In this document: positions 15,992 to 24,801 of the stretch, piece by piece
How positions within the stretch are numbered: the stretch's first letter is position 1
Layout of the letters: every line of letters begins with the position of its first letter
Source: Clostridia bacterium
Lineage (GTDB): Bacteria; Bacillota; Clostridia; Christensenellales; CAG-138
Length of the DNA stretch: 64,000 nt
Direction: 5' to 3'
Assembly (NCBI GenBank): GCA_017388175.1
Contig: JAFOTD010000073.1
Span: 206 to 64,205, forward strand
Program-made: the position numbers and the translations under genes
The notes under the pieces: model-generated
What the model was told of the DNA's origin: nothing
Seen by the model: only the letters and a program-made list of their open reading frames with translations
The model's database searches: none

Positions 15992-17044
15992 TCAGGAAAC
16001 GGAATCGTCGACGTCGATCAGATAAACGATATCGGACATTTCACGACCGCCGTTGACCGGCTTACTGTAGATATCGCCGTTCCAATACAGGGACGCGGAT
16101 TTGCCGCCGTCAAGATTGTAGGCAACTTTGCAGCCGAGGGACTCCATGAGGTTCGCGAGCTCGACGAGTTCCATCCCGCGGGACTGCTTTTGTCTGCCGT
16201 CGACGGTTACAAAGCAATAATGCCCGGGTTCGATATAGCCGATTGCACACCGCGGGTTTTGCGGATTGACCTGCGATTGCGGGAATTTCGTTTTTGCGTG
16301 TCCATCCTCGTCAAGAAGAGACGGACCGAATTGCCATGCCTGCCAGATATCGTCCCGAAGCGTTGCGGACTTATATTCGTCCGCAGTCATGGTTTCCATT
16401 GTTCCGTCCAGATACAGGAAGCAGACTTCCCAATTGCTGTATAACTTTTTATCAAAAATTTCACCGTTCCGGATGACGAGCGAGTGTTTATGCGCGTTAT
16501 ACATATCGCCGGAAATCGCCAAAAGTGCGTTCACTCGTTTTGCCATATCAGACACGCCGTCCCGTGCAACGGACTGAAACGTTGTCGCTGCGCTCGTGCG
16601 AAGACAGTGGATATCGCGAAGATAGATGTCCGTTACGTAGTACGTGACGCGGCCTTTGTACGTCGTTTCGTCCTCGACGGTTGTAACAGTAAAATGAAGG
16701 TTTTCGCCGGTATATTCGGTTTCCGTAGAAGACGTTTCCTCCCGCGGGACAAATCCTCCTTTCGTCCAGCCGATCAGTCCGTCCGGCTCGGGTGTCGGCG
16801 AAGGCGTCGGCGTGGGAGTCGGCGAAGGCGATGGCGTTGGGGAAGGCGTGGGCGTCTGCGGTTCTGGCGTATCGGTCGGAACCGGCGTGATATATTCGAG
16901 TGTGTCTTCGCCCTCCGGCGTCGAAACGGGTTTGGACGCTGCGCCCGGGGTGGGTACGGACGCTTCCGGGGAGCTCTGTGCATGGCAGGCAAAAACCAGA
17001 ACCGCAGCGAATAGAATCAGTACGGTCGAAATAAAGCGTTTCAT
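15992..17044 (-). CDS. Secreted phosphodiester glycosidase family (DUF2233/NAGPA-like) protein, paralogue 2
   Basis: Signal peptide MKRFISTVLILFAAVLVFA, a Pro/Thr/Ser linker, and a C-terminal YNLDGGKSASLYWNGDIYSKPVNGGREMSDIVYL motif block. The start ATG at 17044 overlaps the upstream stop (TGATG). Confidence 0.8.
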   Translation of the reverse strand: MKRFISTVLILFAAVLVFACHAQSSPEASVPTPGAASKPVSTPEGEDTLEYITPVPTDTPEPQTPTPSPTPSPSPTPTPTPSPTPEPDGLIGWTKGGFVPREETSSTETEYTGENLHFTVTTVEDETTYKGRVTYYVTDIYLRDIHCLRTSAATTFQSVARDGVSDMAKRVNALLAISGDMYNAHKHSLVIRNGEIFDKKLYSNWEVCFLYLDGTMETMTADEYKSATLRDDIWQAWQFGPSLLDEDGHAKTKFPQSQVNPQNPRCAIGYIEPGHYCFVTVDGRQKQSRGMELVELANLMESLGCKVAYNLDGGKSASLYWNGDIYSKPVNGGREMSDIVYLIDVDDSVS

Positions 17045-18108
17045 CAGGATAGCCCTGCCTTTCCGCAAAAGAACGGCGATGAGGGGTAGGATTCTTTTGC
17101 AATGTAGATGATATCGGAAATCTGTCTTCCGCCGTTGTTGCTCGGCTTGTTGAAGATTCTGTCTTTCCAGTATAAATGCGCGGATGCGCCGCCGTCAAGA
17201 TTATAGGCCTGTTTGCAGCCGAGTGACTGCATCAGTTCGGCAAGCTCCTTCATTTCCAGCCCGCGGGACGCACTCTGCCGTCCGTCGACAACGACGAAGC
17301 AATAATGTCCGGGTTCAATACAGCCGATGCAGCTTCGCGGATTATTGACTGTGATCTCATATCCGGGAAACGTTTTTCGCGCGTTGCCGTTCTCATCGAG
17401 CAGAGCGGGGCCGAATTCCCAAACCTGCCAGGGGTCTTTTTCCATGATCTCTTTGATGTTCACGCTGCCTTTTCTGACGGTTTCCATTTCACCGTTTTTC
17501 AGTAAAACGCACACGTCGCCGTAGCCGGTTTTTTCACGATAGACGATTCCGTTGCGGATGATCAGCCCGTTGTGATTTGCTCCGCAGTAATCCCCGGAAA
17601 TCGCTACAAGCGCGTTTGCTTTTTTTGCCATGGTCTTCACATCACCGTGGCCGTGCTTTGCGAAGTCTTCGTCAAACGACACGGTGCGGATCTGTGTGAC
17701 GTCACGCACGTGAATATCTGCCACGTAATACACGACGCGCTTGCGAAACGTTTTGCTGTCGCGATGGACCGTCAGCGTTACAGTCAACGTGGGGGATCGG
17801 TACGTATCGTCGATAAAAAGGCTTCCTTCCGACCAAAACGGAGCGACCTCGGAAGGATCGGGCTCCTCATCGGGCAAAGGCTCCTGCATGGCAGGCGTAA
17901 CGGCGACGTCGGAAACCGTGGGCTTTGCACTTTCGGATTGATACAAAATCGGGTTGCTTTCCGAAGGTTTTGTCATGGCGGAAACCGGCTGCGGGGATTC
18001 TTCGGAGCTTGTCAGATGTATGGCGTACCGCAATAGCAGAACGAGACCGGCAATAACCGGAATCAACAGCAATGCGGGAATCAACGTTTTTACGGAATAA
18101 TTTTTCAT
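17044..18108 (-). CDS. Secreted phosphodiester glycosidase family (DUF2233/NAGPA-like) protein, paralogue 1
   Basis: Collinear with its neighbour (VYYVADIHVRD, AISGDYCG, CIGCIEPGHYCFVVVDGRQ, AYNLDGGASAHLYW). Confidence 0.8.
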   Translation of the reverse strand: MKNYSVKTLIPALLLIPVIAGLVLLLRYAIHLTSSEESPQPVSAMTKPSESNPILYQSESAKPTVSDVAVTPAMQEPLPDEEPDPSEVAPFWSEGSLFIDDTYRSPTLTVTLTVHRDSKTFRKRVVYYVADIHVRDVTQIRTVSFDEDFAKHGHGDVKTMAKKANALVAISGDYCGANHNGLIIRNGIVYREKTGYGDVCVLLKNGEMETVRKGSVNIKEIMEKDPWQVWEFGPALLDENGNARKTFPGYEITVNNPRSCIGCIEPGHYCFVVVDGRQSASRGLEMKELAELMQSLGCKQAYNLDGGASAHLYWKDRIFNKPSNNGGRQISDIIYIAKESYPSSPFFCGKAGLS

Positions 18109-18746
18109 AGATAAAGAATATGCAGGTTTACGGCGGCAGATACGGAATCACAGCGAAGAAAATCCGGAAGAAGGCCGAGCGCCTCAAAAAGGATTTTCAC
18201 GCCGATCGCTATGAGAACAACGCCTCCAAAGACGGTTGCGGTACGATGGTATCTGAGACCGAACCGGTTCCCGATCCAGACGCCGACCAGAGACAGCAGG
18301 AACGTCGTTGCACCGATTGCGGATACCGCAAGAATAATACTGGTTCCGCCGGTCAGCCACACGATCCCTTCCTGCATGGAGAACGAAACGCCGACGGCGA
18401 AAGCGTCAATGCTGGTTGCAATCGCAAGAATGAACAGCCTGCCGATCGTGCCGAAATCCGACGGTTGATCGTCCTTGCTGCGGATTCCGTCAATCAGCAT
18501 TTTTATGCCGAGGATCAGCAGCAGCCCGCACGCAATCCACGGACCGATGGTAACGGCGGACGCAAAGGTGGATCCGAGAGAGAAGCCTAAGAGCGGCATC
18601 AACGCCTGAAAGCCGCCGAAAAAAAGCGCAATCAGCATTGCACGCCGGATATTCAGCTTTTGCATGGACACGCCCTGACACATGGACACCGCAAACGCAT
18701 CCATGGAGAGGCCGATGCCGATTAACAGAATATCAGTAAAACTCAT
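18105..18746 (-). CDS. mntP: Manganese efflux pump MntP
   Basis: N-terminus MSFTDILLIGIGLSMDAFAVS and the repeated SIDAFAVG half-domain motif; six TM segments. The stop overlaps the next start (ATGA). Confidence 0.85.
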   Translation of the reverse strand: MSFTDILLIGIGLSMDAFAVSMCQGVSMQKLNIRRAMLIALFFGGFQALMPLLGFSLGSTFASAVTIGPWIACGLLLILGIKMLIDGIRSKDDQPSDFGTIGRLFILAIATSIDAFAVGVSFSMQEGIVWLTGGTSIILAVSAIGATTFLLSLVGVWIGNRFGLRYHRTATVFGGVVLIAIGVKILFEALGLLPDFLRCDSVSAAVNLHILYL

Positions 18747-18770
18747 ATTTCCTCCCGAATGATCCGCTAC

Positions 18771-18799
18771 AGTATAGCAAATCCAAAAGCGAATCGCAA
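18771..18799 (-). promoter_or_regulatory. sigma-A type promoter TTGCGA-17-TATACT for the mntP operon
   Basis: On the minus strand, TTGCGA is at 18799-18794 and TATACT at 18776-18771. Confidence 0.5.
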
Positions 18800-18852
18800 T
18801 CTTTCCGAAAGAATTTCATCCATCCTTTACATTTATAACACAGGTTTCTTAC

Positions 18853-18881
18853 TTTACATTCTATTTTTTCTGCGTTATACT
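18853..18881 (+). promoter_or_regulatory. sigma-A type promoter TTTACA-17-TATACT for ttcA
   Basis: TTTACA at 18853-18858 and TATACT at 18876-18881. Confidence 0.5.
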
Positions 18882-18903
18882 GCAATTAAAAGAGGTTAAA
18901 AAC

Positions 18904-19668
18904 GTGAAACGTATTTTAGGCAGCATCCGGCGTGCCGATGAAAAATTCCGGATGATTGAGGACGGGGACAAGATTTGCGTCGGGGTTTCCGGCGGAAAGG
19001 ATTCTCTGCTTTTGATGCAGGCGATGAAGCTGTATCAGCGGTTTTCCTATACGAAATTTGATGTGATCGCAGTTATGCTCGATCTCGGGCTGAAGTATCA
19101 GAATACGGCGCCGATCCGTGCGTATGCGGAGAAGGTCGGAATTCCGTTTGAGGTGATTCCAACGGAAATCGGCAAGGTCGTTTTCGAATATCGGGCGGAG
19201 CGATCGCCTTGCGCACTATGCGCGAAGCTGCGCCGCGGCGCGCTGAATACCGCGGCAAAGCAGCGCGGCTGCAATAAGGTCGCGCTTGGGCACAATCGTG
19301 AAGACGTTCTGGAAACGCTTTTGATGTCGATTCTTTACGAGGGCCGCATGAACACGTTCGCGCCGGTTACGTATCTGTCCAGAAGCGATATTACGGTGAT
19401 TCGTCCGATGATCTACGTGCCGGAAAAATATTGTCTTTCGGTCGCGAGACAGCTCGAACTGCCGGTGCTCCCGCCAAACTGCGACGTCGCCGGAAAAACC
19501 AAACGCGAAGAGGCGAAAAACCTGATCAAATATCTGTGCACGATCGTTCCGGACGCAGATGTGAAAATGATGCACGCAATCACCGATACCGAGAAATACG
19601 GGCTCTGGGACCGCATGCGTCTCAAGCAATCCGCCGGGGAACCGGACAAAAACGGGGAAGACGCGTAA
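18904..19668 (+). CDS. ttcA: tRNA 2-thiocytidine biosynthesis protein TtcA family (PP-loop ATPase)
   Basis: PP-loop VGVSGGKDS and the TtcA-type CALCAKLRRG motif. GTG start after AGAGG. Confidence 0.72.
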   Translation: MKRILGSIRRADEKFRMIEDGDKICVGVSGGKDSLLLMQAMKLYQRFSYTKFDVIAVMLDLGLKYQNTAPIRAYAEKVGIPFEVIPTEIGKVVFEYRAERSPCALCAKLRRGALNTAAKQRGCNKVALGHNREDVLETLLMSILYEGRMNTFAPVTYLSRSDITVIRPMIYVPEKYCLSVARQLELPVLPPNCDVAGKTKREEAKNLIKYLCTIVPDADVKMMHAITDTEKYGLWDRMRLKQSAGEPDKNGEDA

Positions 19669-19671
19669 CGC

Positions 19672-20187
19672 TTAGCTTTCTTGTCTTTCGGAAAGCTGTC
19701 TGATCAGGTTTTCCCGCAGTACGTCGCGGTTCTGCTCGTCAATTTGATACACGACCGAGCGCGGATGTGAGCGCACCGCACGAAGAAACGGCGTGTCCTT
19801 ATCCCGAACGGCGGCAATTACGAACGGCGCCCGGTCGAGCGTTTCCATTACAGCGGCCGTAAAGCGTCCGGCATCGGTTTCCAGAAAACCAAGCTCGTCA
19901 AAAACGATCACTCCGTCCGAGGGGAAACGCATGGAATCCGAAAAACGATCGAATACCTCCGGAAATGCGACGCTTTTTCCTTCGCGGCAAAGCCCGATCC
20001 GGTTTTCGGAAGTATATCGTTTCTCTGCTCCGTAAAGGTGAATGTATACCGGACAGAATCCGTCATCGTAAGCGGCTTCCTTTTTTGTGATCACGCCGTA
20101 TTTGGACAGCGGAATCTCGTCTAGAAGCGCGCGGATCAGGGTGGACTTGCCGACGCCGTTGCGTCCGACGATCAAAATGTGTTTCAT
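19672..20187 (-). CDS. THEP1-like nucleoside-triphosphatase (P-loop NTPase)
   Basis: ATG 20187 follows GGAGGA. Walker A is GRNGVGKST and Walker B is VIVFDELG; the product is about 170 aa. Confidence 0.6.
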   Translation of the reverse strand: MKHILIVGRNGVGKSTLIRALLDEIPLSKYGVITKKEAAYDDGFCPVYIHLYGAEKRYTSENRIGLCREGKSVAFPEVFDRFSDSMRFPSDGVIVFDELGFLETDAGRFTAAVMETLDRAPFVIAAVRDKDTPFLRAVRSHPRSVVYQIDEQNRDVLRENLIRQLSERQES

Positions 20188-20267
20188 AGACCGTTCCTCC
20201 GATAGCAGCAGTATACCGTACCGTACAACGGCATGCAAGCCTAAAACACGTAAACGAAAGGGAAACG

Positions 20268-20972
20268 ATGAACCTTATGTTTTACTGGGACGAAGAACGA
20301 ATCGGCTTTTTTCGCGATGCTGCAGAAAACAGCGCGTACTATCGCGCGCTTGCGGATCGGATTGCACCGTCGCTGCGCAAAACCGATCGCGTGCTTGACG
20401 CAGGATGCGGGCTCGGATATCTTGCCGGGGAAATGCTTCGGTATTGCCGGAGCGTGACGGCGGCAGACTGCGATGCGCAAGCGATTCAGGCGCTTCGGTC
20501 CCGCATCGGCGATCCGGCGCTGCATGCGCTCCGGACAGACGTTTTCAAAATGGATCTTTCGGCATTTGACGTGATCGTGTGCTGCCGGTTCGCATCGACA
20601 CGGGAAGCGCTGGAAATGTTTCGAAAATCCGGCGCGCGCACGCTCGTAATGATCAAGAGAAACGAATGGCATCACCGGATCTCCGATTCGGCTTCGTTAC
20701 ACGAGCGAACCGCTGCGGAGGCGATTCAGACTTTGGAGGAAAGCAACCTGCGTTTTACAGCGGAACAGGTGACTCTCTCGTTCGATCAACCGTTTCGCTC
20801 GGAGAAGGACGCCATGCGCTTTTTTCAACTGTATTCGGATAGGGTAGATCTCACAAAACAGCGCGATCTCTTGCGGGAAACGGGGAATCGCGCGTTCCCG
20901 CTGTGCCTTCCGGTCGTGAATTCGCTGACGATCTTTTCGGTTTACCGTACTAAAAACAGGAACCCGCAATAG
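20268..20972 (+). CDS. Class I SAM-dependent methyltransferase
   Basis: Motif I VLDAGCGLGYLAGEM and a downstream acidic motif (VTAADCD). Confidence 0.7.
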   Translation: MNLMFYWDEERIGFFRDAAENSAYYRALADRIAPSLRKTDRVLDAGCGLGYLAGEMLRYCRSVTAADCDAQAIQALRSRIGDPALHALRTDVFKMDLSAFDVIVCCRFASTREALEMFRKSGARTLVMIKRNEWHHRISDSASLHERTAAEAIQTLEESNLRFTAEQVTLSFDQPFRSEKDAMRFFQLYSDRVDLTKQRDLLRETGNRAFPLCLPVVNSLTIFSVYRTKNRNPQ

Positions 20973-20987
20973 GTTCCTGTTTTGCTT

Positions 20988-21617
20988 TTACGGATCTCGG
21001 GTCAATGTCACAATGACGTATTGGAGACCGTCTCGGAAAACGGTCGAGATGTTTACGGTGAAGTTTCCCATTTGTTTCACGTAAGGATTGCCGTCTTTTA
21101 CAACCTTTTGACATTGATTCGCAATCGTGTTGCTGTAAGACACCGTTCGGTGAAATACCGGAATAACGGCGTCAAACAGTGTTCGGATTGCTTTAACGGT
21201 TAACCGGTTTTCCTCACGAAGCATTTCAGCCGTTTCGGTTCCGTCATCCGGATCGGGATACAGCAGCGTCTCGGCGGAGAACAGCCGGAGGCCGTCGTCA
21301 TCGGAAAGCATGCAGACGGTAAACGGAACGTCCTCGGGAGAGACTGCGTCGTAATGATCCGACCGGAACACAACGGAAAAACCGGATTTGTCAAGAGCAT
21401 CGAGCACGTTTTTCCCGCGGATAGAGGTATCTGCCGTCGCTTCGGGCGTAGGGGAAGCCGATGCTTTCGAACCTGCCCCGGCATAATTCTTCGAACCGTA
21501 TATAACCGCCAGAACCAAAAACAACAGAATCACGAGCGCGATACATCCGTACTCGATGATCTTGATACGCTCAATTCGGGCAATTTTTCGCTTTTTTCTG
21601 CCTTTTTCAGTCGACAT
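20988..21617 (-). CDS. Hypothetical N-terminally anchored membrane protein
   Basis: The likely start is ATG 21617 (MSTEKGRKKRK...). It has one TM (IALVILLFLVLAVIYG) and overlaps the upstream gene's stop by 11 nt. No family was recognised. Confidence 0.45.
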   Translation of the reverse strand: MSTEKGRKKRKIARIERIKIIEYGCIALVILLFLVLAVIYGSKNYAGAGSKASASPTPEATADTSIRGKNVLDALDKSGFSVVFRSDHYDAVSPEDVPFTVCMLSDDDGLRLFSAETLLYPDPDDGTETAEMLREENRLTVKAIRTLFDAVIPVFHRTVSYSNTIANQCQKVVKDGNPYVKQMGNFTVNISTVFRDGLQYVIVTLTRDP

Positions 21618-22551
21618 CGTGCAATACGGATTCCGGTGCTTCATCCAAAACGTGCGGGTTGCGGAAATAGGTCTTGAACAGCTTAAAGGCAGAGGCGAGA
21701 TAAAACCCGTCGCAGATGCGCTCGTCACATACGATCTTATAGTCGATATATTTGCGCTGCACGGGGGACCCGTCCGCCTTCAATTCGGTTTTCTTGTACT
21801 TTGCGCCGAATGAAAGGAACACGGGAATGTTGCCGAAGTCATAAAGATGGTGGAACACGGGCGGGATGCCTAAAGATCCCATGGACGTAATAAACATCGA
21901 GCCGTGGAACGGACTGACTTCAACAAGACTTTTCGGCAGAAGCCCGAAATAATCGAGAAGCTTCAAAAACCAGATCGCATTCTTCAGAAGCAGGCGGGGA
22001 ATATAGTTGAAGATTTTCGCCGTGTTGTCAAAGTTGCTATCCGGGTTGACTTCACGGTTTTCGTCAATCAGCTTTTGCAGCTTGTAATAAATTTCGTCTG
22101 CGGTATCCGTCGGAGTGAAATGCATTTTTACAATGGTTTCTTCCGCTTCAAGCGTCATTTCCCGTTTGATGGTCAGATTGACGATGATATCCCGGTCATG
22201 CGAAAAGATGCGCTGGCCGGAGATGAAACGATTGATCTGCGGACGCTCCGAGACCACGCGAACGTATGCGGCAAGCAGCAGATGCATGAAACCGAAGCCT
22301 TTCAGCCCCTGATTTCTCTTTTTCCGGATATAGTTTTCCGCTTCCGTGATTTCGATGGATTCGTGAAAATAGACGCTTGCGCCGGAACGCGCCGGCATAA
22401 TAAACGGCGAAACCTTGGACATCGGCTGCAGAGAACGCAGCTTATACCCGTCCGAACGGTCGCCGATACGACGTTTTCTTATTGCGGGTTCCGCTTTCGC
22501 GGAATTGTTCTCCGCGGGCTGCGGCAACGTCTGACGCTTTTCTTCTTCCAT
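21607..22551 (-). CDS. Stand-alone 2-oxoacid dehydrogenase E2-type (CAT-like) acyltransferase catalytic-domain protein
   Basis: ATG 22551 lies 8 nt after GGAGGG. The C-terminal DERICDGFYLASAF corresponds to the DHRxxDG catalytic motif of the E2/CAT superfamily. There is no lipoyl domain. Confidence 0.6.
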   Translation of the reverse strand: MEEEKRQTLPQPAENNSAKAEPAIRKRRIGDRSDGYKLRSLQPMSKVSPFIMPARSGASVYFHESIEITEAENYIRKKRNQGLKGFGFMHLLLAAYVRVVSERPQINRFISGQRIFSHDRDIIVNLTIKREMTLEAEETIVKMHFTPTDTADEIYYKLQKLIDENREVNPDSNFDNTAKIFNYIPRLLLKNAIWFLKLLDYFGLLPKSLVEVSPFHGSMFITSMGSLGIPPVFHHLYDFGNIPVFLSFGAKYKKTELKADGSPVQRKYIDYKIVCDERICDGFYLASAFKLFKTYFRNPHVLDEAPESVLHDVD

Positions 22552-22622
22552 GGATCGTACCCTCCGTTCTCCGTCCACATAGTTTACCAAATCCGGCGCG
22601 CGTTGGCAAGCAAAAAATAAGG

Positions 22623-22651
22623 TTGCAATACGGTTTGACGATCGGTATAAT
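22623..22651 (+). promoter_or_regulatory. sigma-A type promoter TTGCAA-17-TATAAT abutting the U32 peptidase start codons
   Basis: TTGCAA at 22623-22628 and TATAAT at 22646-22651. ATG ATG follows at 22656-22661 with no SD. Confidence 0.45.
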
Positions 22652-22655
22652 ATCC

Positions 22656-24704
22656 ATGATGAGAAACAACCATTCAAATAATCCGGAAATACTGGCGCCC
22701 GTCGGAACGGAAGGATCGCTGGAGGCTGCCGTATATGCGGGAGCGGACGCGGTCTACTTTGGCGCGGGTGCGTGCAACGCGCGCCGAAATGCCGGGCAGT
22801 ATACCGGCGATCGGCTGAAAGAAGCGGTCCGGTTCTGCCACGCGAACGGCGTGGACGTGCACGTAACCGTCAACACGCTCGTGAGGGATGAGGAACGCGC
22901 GGAAGTATCTGACACGCTCAGGGAGATTGCCGAAAGCGGCGTTGACGCGATCATCGTGCAGGATATGACGGTTTTACGCCTCGCAAAACAGATTTGTCCG
23001 GATCTCAAGCTCCATGGATCGACGCAGATGGCGGTTCATAATGCTTCGGGTGTAAAAATGCTGGAAGATCTTGGATTCTCCCGCGTTGTGCTTGCAAGAG
23101 AACTGTCGATTAACGAGATACGGGCGATTAAAGAACAGACCCGCGCCGAGCTTGAATGCTTCGTGCACGGCGCATTGTGCATGAGCGCATCCGGCATATG
23201 TTACCTCTCGGCCATGCTCGGCGAGCGTAGCGGAAACCGCGGTATGTGCGCACAGCCGTGCAGGCTTCCGTTCGTTTGCAACGGCGCGGCGTATGCGCTC
23301 TCTTTGAAGGACATGTCGCATATTGCGCATTACGGCACGTACCGCGATATCGGGATCGCCTCTCTCAAAATTGAAGGGCGGCTGAAATCGCCGGAATATG
23401 TTGCCGCAGCGGTAGACGCAGTGCGCCGCGTGCGCGACGGAGAACCGTATTCCGAACAGGTTCTGCGCGACGTATTTTCCCGCGGAGGTTTTACCGAAGG
23501 GTACTATACCGGGAAGCGGAACCATACGATGTTCGGCGTGCGTACGCAGGAAGATGCAAAACGGGCACAAACGGTACTTGCTGGCGTGCGGGAGCTTTAT
23601 CGCGGGCCGCGAAACTGCGTTCCGATCTCGATGCAGGCGAGGATCGGATCAGGCGAACCCGCATCGCTCACCGTCAGCGACGGAGTGCGTTGCGTTACCG
23701 TTGCAGGCGCGGTTCCCGAAGCTGCCGTTCATGCTCCGCTTCGAGTGGAAACTGTTGAAAAGAGCTTGAAGAAAACGGGCGGCACGCCGTTTTCGGCAGC
23801 GTCATTTTCCTGTCAGATAGAAGACGGTCTGATGCTGCCCGCCTCCGCTTTGAACGCGTTGCGCAGAGAAGCGCTCGACGCGCTGTATGAGGCTCGCGCA
23901 GCGATCCCGCAACGGGCGGTATTTGATGCGGATCTTAACGTTCCGGCACACACGCGAAACGCGAAACCGCAATTCGTTGTACGCTTTGCCCGATATGATC
24001 AGTTCTCGGATATTCCGCAGGTCGCTTTCTACAGCCTTCCGATCAGCGAACTGTCCGCGCATCCGGAATGCATCTGTGATCGTTCCGTCGGCGAAATTCC
24101 GATTTTGATTTATCCGGATGAGGAATCGAAGACGGCGGAAATGCTTCGCTCCCTGAAGGAGCGGGGCCTTCGATACGTACTCGCGGAAAACATCGGCGCG
24201 ATCCGGATGGCGAAGGAGGCCGGGCTCATTCCGGTCGGCGGGTACGGCCTGAATGTGACCAACAGCGATGCGATCGAAGCATATCGGGAAATGGGCGTAT
24301 CCGCGCTGTTCGTTTCGTTTGAGCTGTCCTTGCCGAAAACGCGCGATTTGAAGAGTAATCTTCCGCTTGGCATGATCGTTGCCGGAAGACTGCCGCTGAT
24401 GCAGCTTCGGTCTTGTCCGGCGCGCGGCGACAAGGGATGCGGCGCATGTGAGGGCCGTTCCGTCGTTACAGATCGGAAAGAGGCGCGTTTCCCGCTCATC
24501 TGCAGGGAACGGCGGTATTCGACGCTGTTGAACAGCGTTCCGCTGTATCTCTGCGATAAACAGCTTCCGCCGCTTGAATATTACGCTGTGTATCTGACAA
24601 TTGAATCGAAAGCGGAGGCCGCCGCGCTGATACAATCCGCGATGCGCAAAGATCCGCCTGCCTTTGCGCATACGACCGGGCTGGCATTCCGAAAGCTTCT
24701 TTGA
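22656..24704 (+). CDS. Peptidase U32 family protein (collagenase-like / RlhA-TrhP family), long form
   Basis: PEILAPVGTEGSLEAAVYAGADAVYFG, the Cys-rich segment GALCMSASGICYLS...CAQPCR and KIEGRLKSPEYV are U32 signatures. Confidence 0.85.
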   Translation: MMRNNHSNNPEILAPVGTEGSLEAAVYAGADAVYFGAGACNARRNAGQYTGDRLKEAVRFCHANGVDVHVTVNTLVRDEERAEVSDTLREIAESGVDAIIVQDMTVLRLAKQICPDLKLHGSTQMAVHNASGVKMLEDLGFSRVVLARELSINEIRAIKEQTRAELECFVHGALCMSASGICYLSAMLGERSGNRGMCAQPCRLPFVCNGAAYALSLKDMSHIAHYGTYRDIGIASLKIEGRLKSPEYVAAAVDAVRRVRDGEPYSEQVLRDVFSRGGFTEGYYTGKRNHTMFGVRTQEDAKRAQTVLAGVRELYRGPRNCVPISMQARIGSGEPASLTVSDGVRCVTVAGAVPEAAVHAPLRVETVEKSLKKTGGTPFSAASFSCQIEDGLMLPASALNALRREALDALYEARAAIPQRAVFDADLNVPAHTRNAKPQFVVRFARYDQFSDIPQVAFYSLPISELSAHPECICDRSVGEIPILIYPDEESKTAEMLRSLKERGLRYVLAENIGAIRMAKEAGLIPVGGYGLNVTNSDAIEAYREMGVSALFVSFELSLPKTRDLKSNLPLGMIVAGRLPLMQLRSCPARGDKGCGACEGRSVVTDRKEARFPLICRERRYSTLLNSVPLYLCDKQLPPLEYYAVYLTIESKAEAAALIQSAMRKDPPAFAHTTGLAFRKLL

Positions 24705-24719
24705 GCATATTATAATCTA

Positions 24720-24753
24720 ACGCCGTTCGACGGGATCCGTCGGACGGCGTTTT
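24720..24753 (+). terminator. Rho-independent terminator after the U32 gene
   Basis: A 14-bp stem, ACGCCGUUCGACGG/CCGUCGGACGGCGU (one G-U pair), followed by UUU. Confidence 0.55.
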
Positions 24754-24781
24754 CATATCCGGGTCCATCCATGCATAGAGA
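24753..24781 (+). promoter_or_regulatory. Putative sigma-E type promoter (TCATAT-N15-CATAGAGA) for the spoIIIA operon
   Basis: It resembles the B. subtilis sigma-E consensus (ATA-containing -35, CATACA-T -10). It sits about 20 nt upstream of the spoIIIAA SD. Motif match only. Confidence 0.35.
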
Positions 24782-24801
24782 TAAAAACGGGAGGGACGAG
24801 C

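Noticed and set aside
18747..18903. A yybP-ykoY manganese riboswitch upstream of mntP.
   Set aside because: The predicted -10 lies only about 25 nt from the ATG, and I could not find the conserved riboswitch core (GGGGAGUAG-like and downstream pairing) on the minus strand.
22482..22655. An upstream extension of the U32 peptidase ORF (740-aa version).
   Set aside because: It overlaps the N-terminus of the divergently transcribed acyltransferase gene and contains the predicted promoter. U32 homology begins at MMRNNHSNNPEILAPVG.
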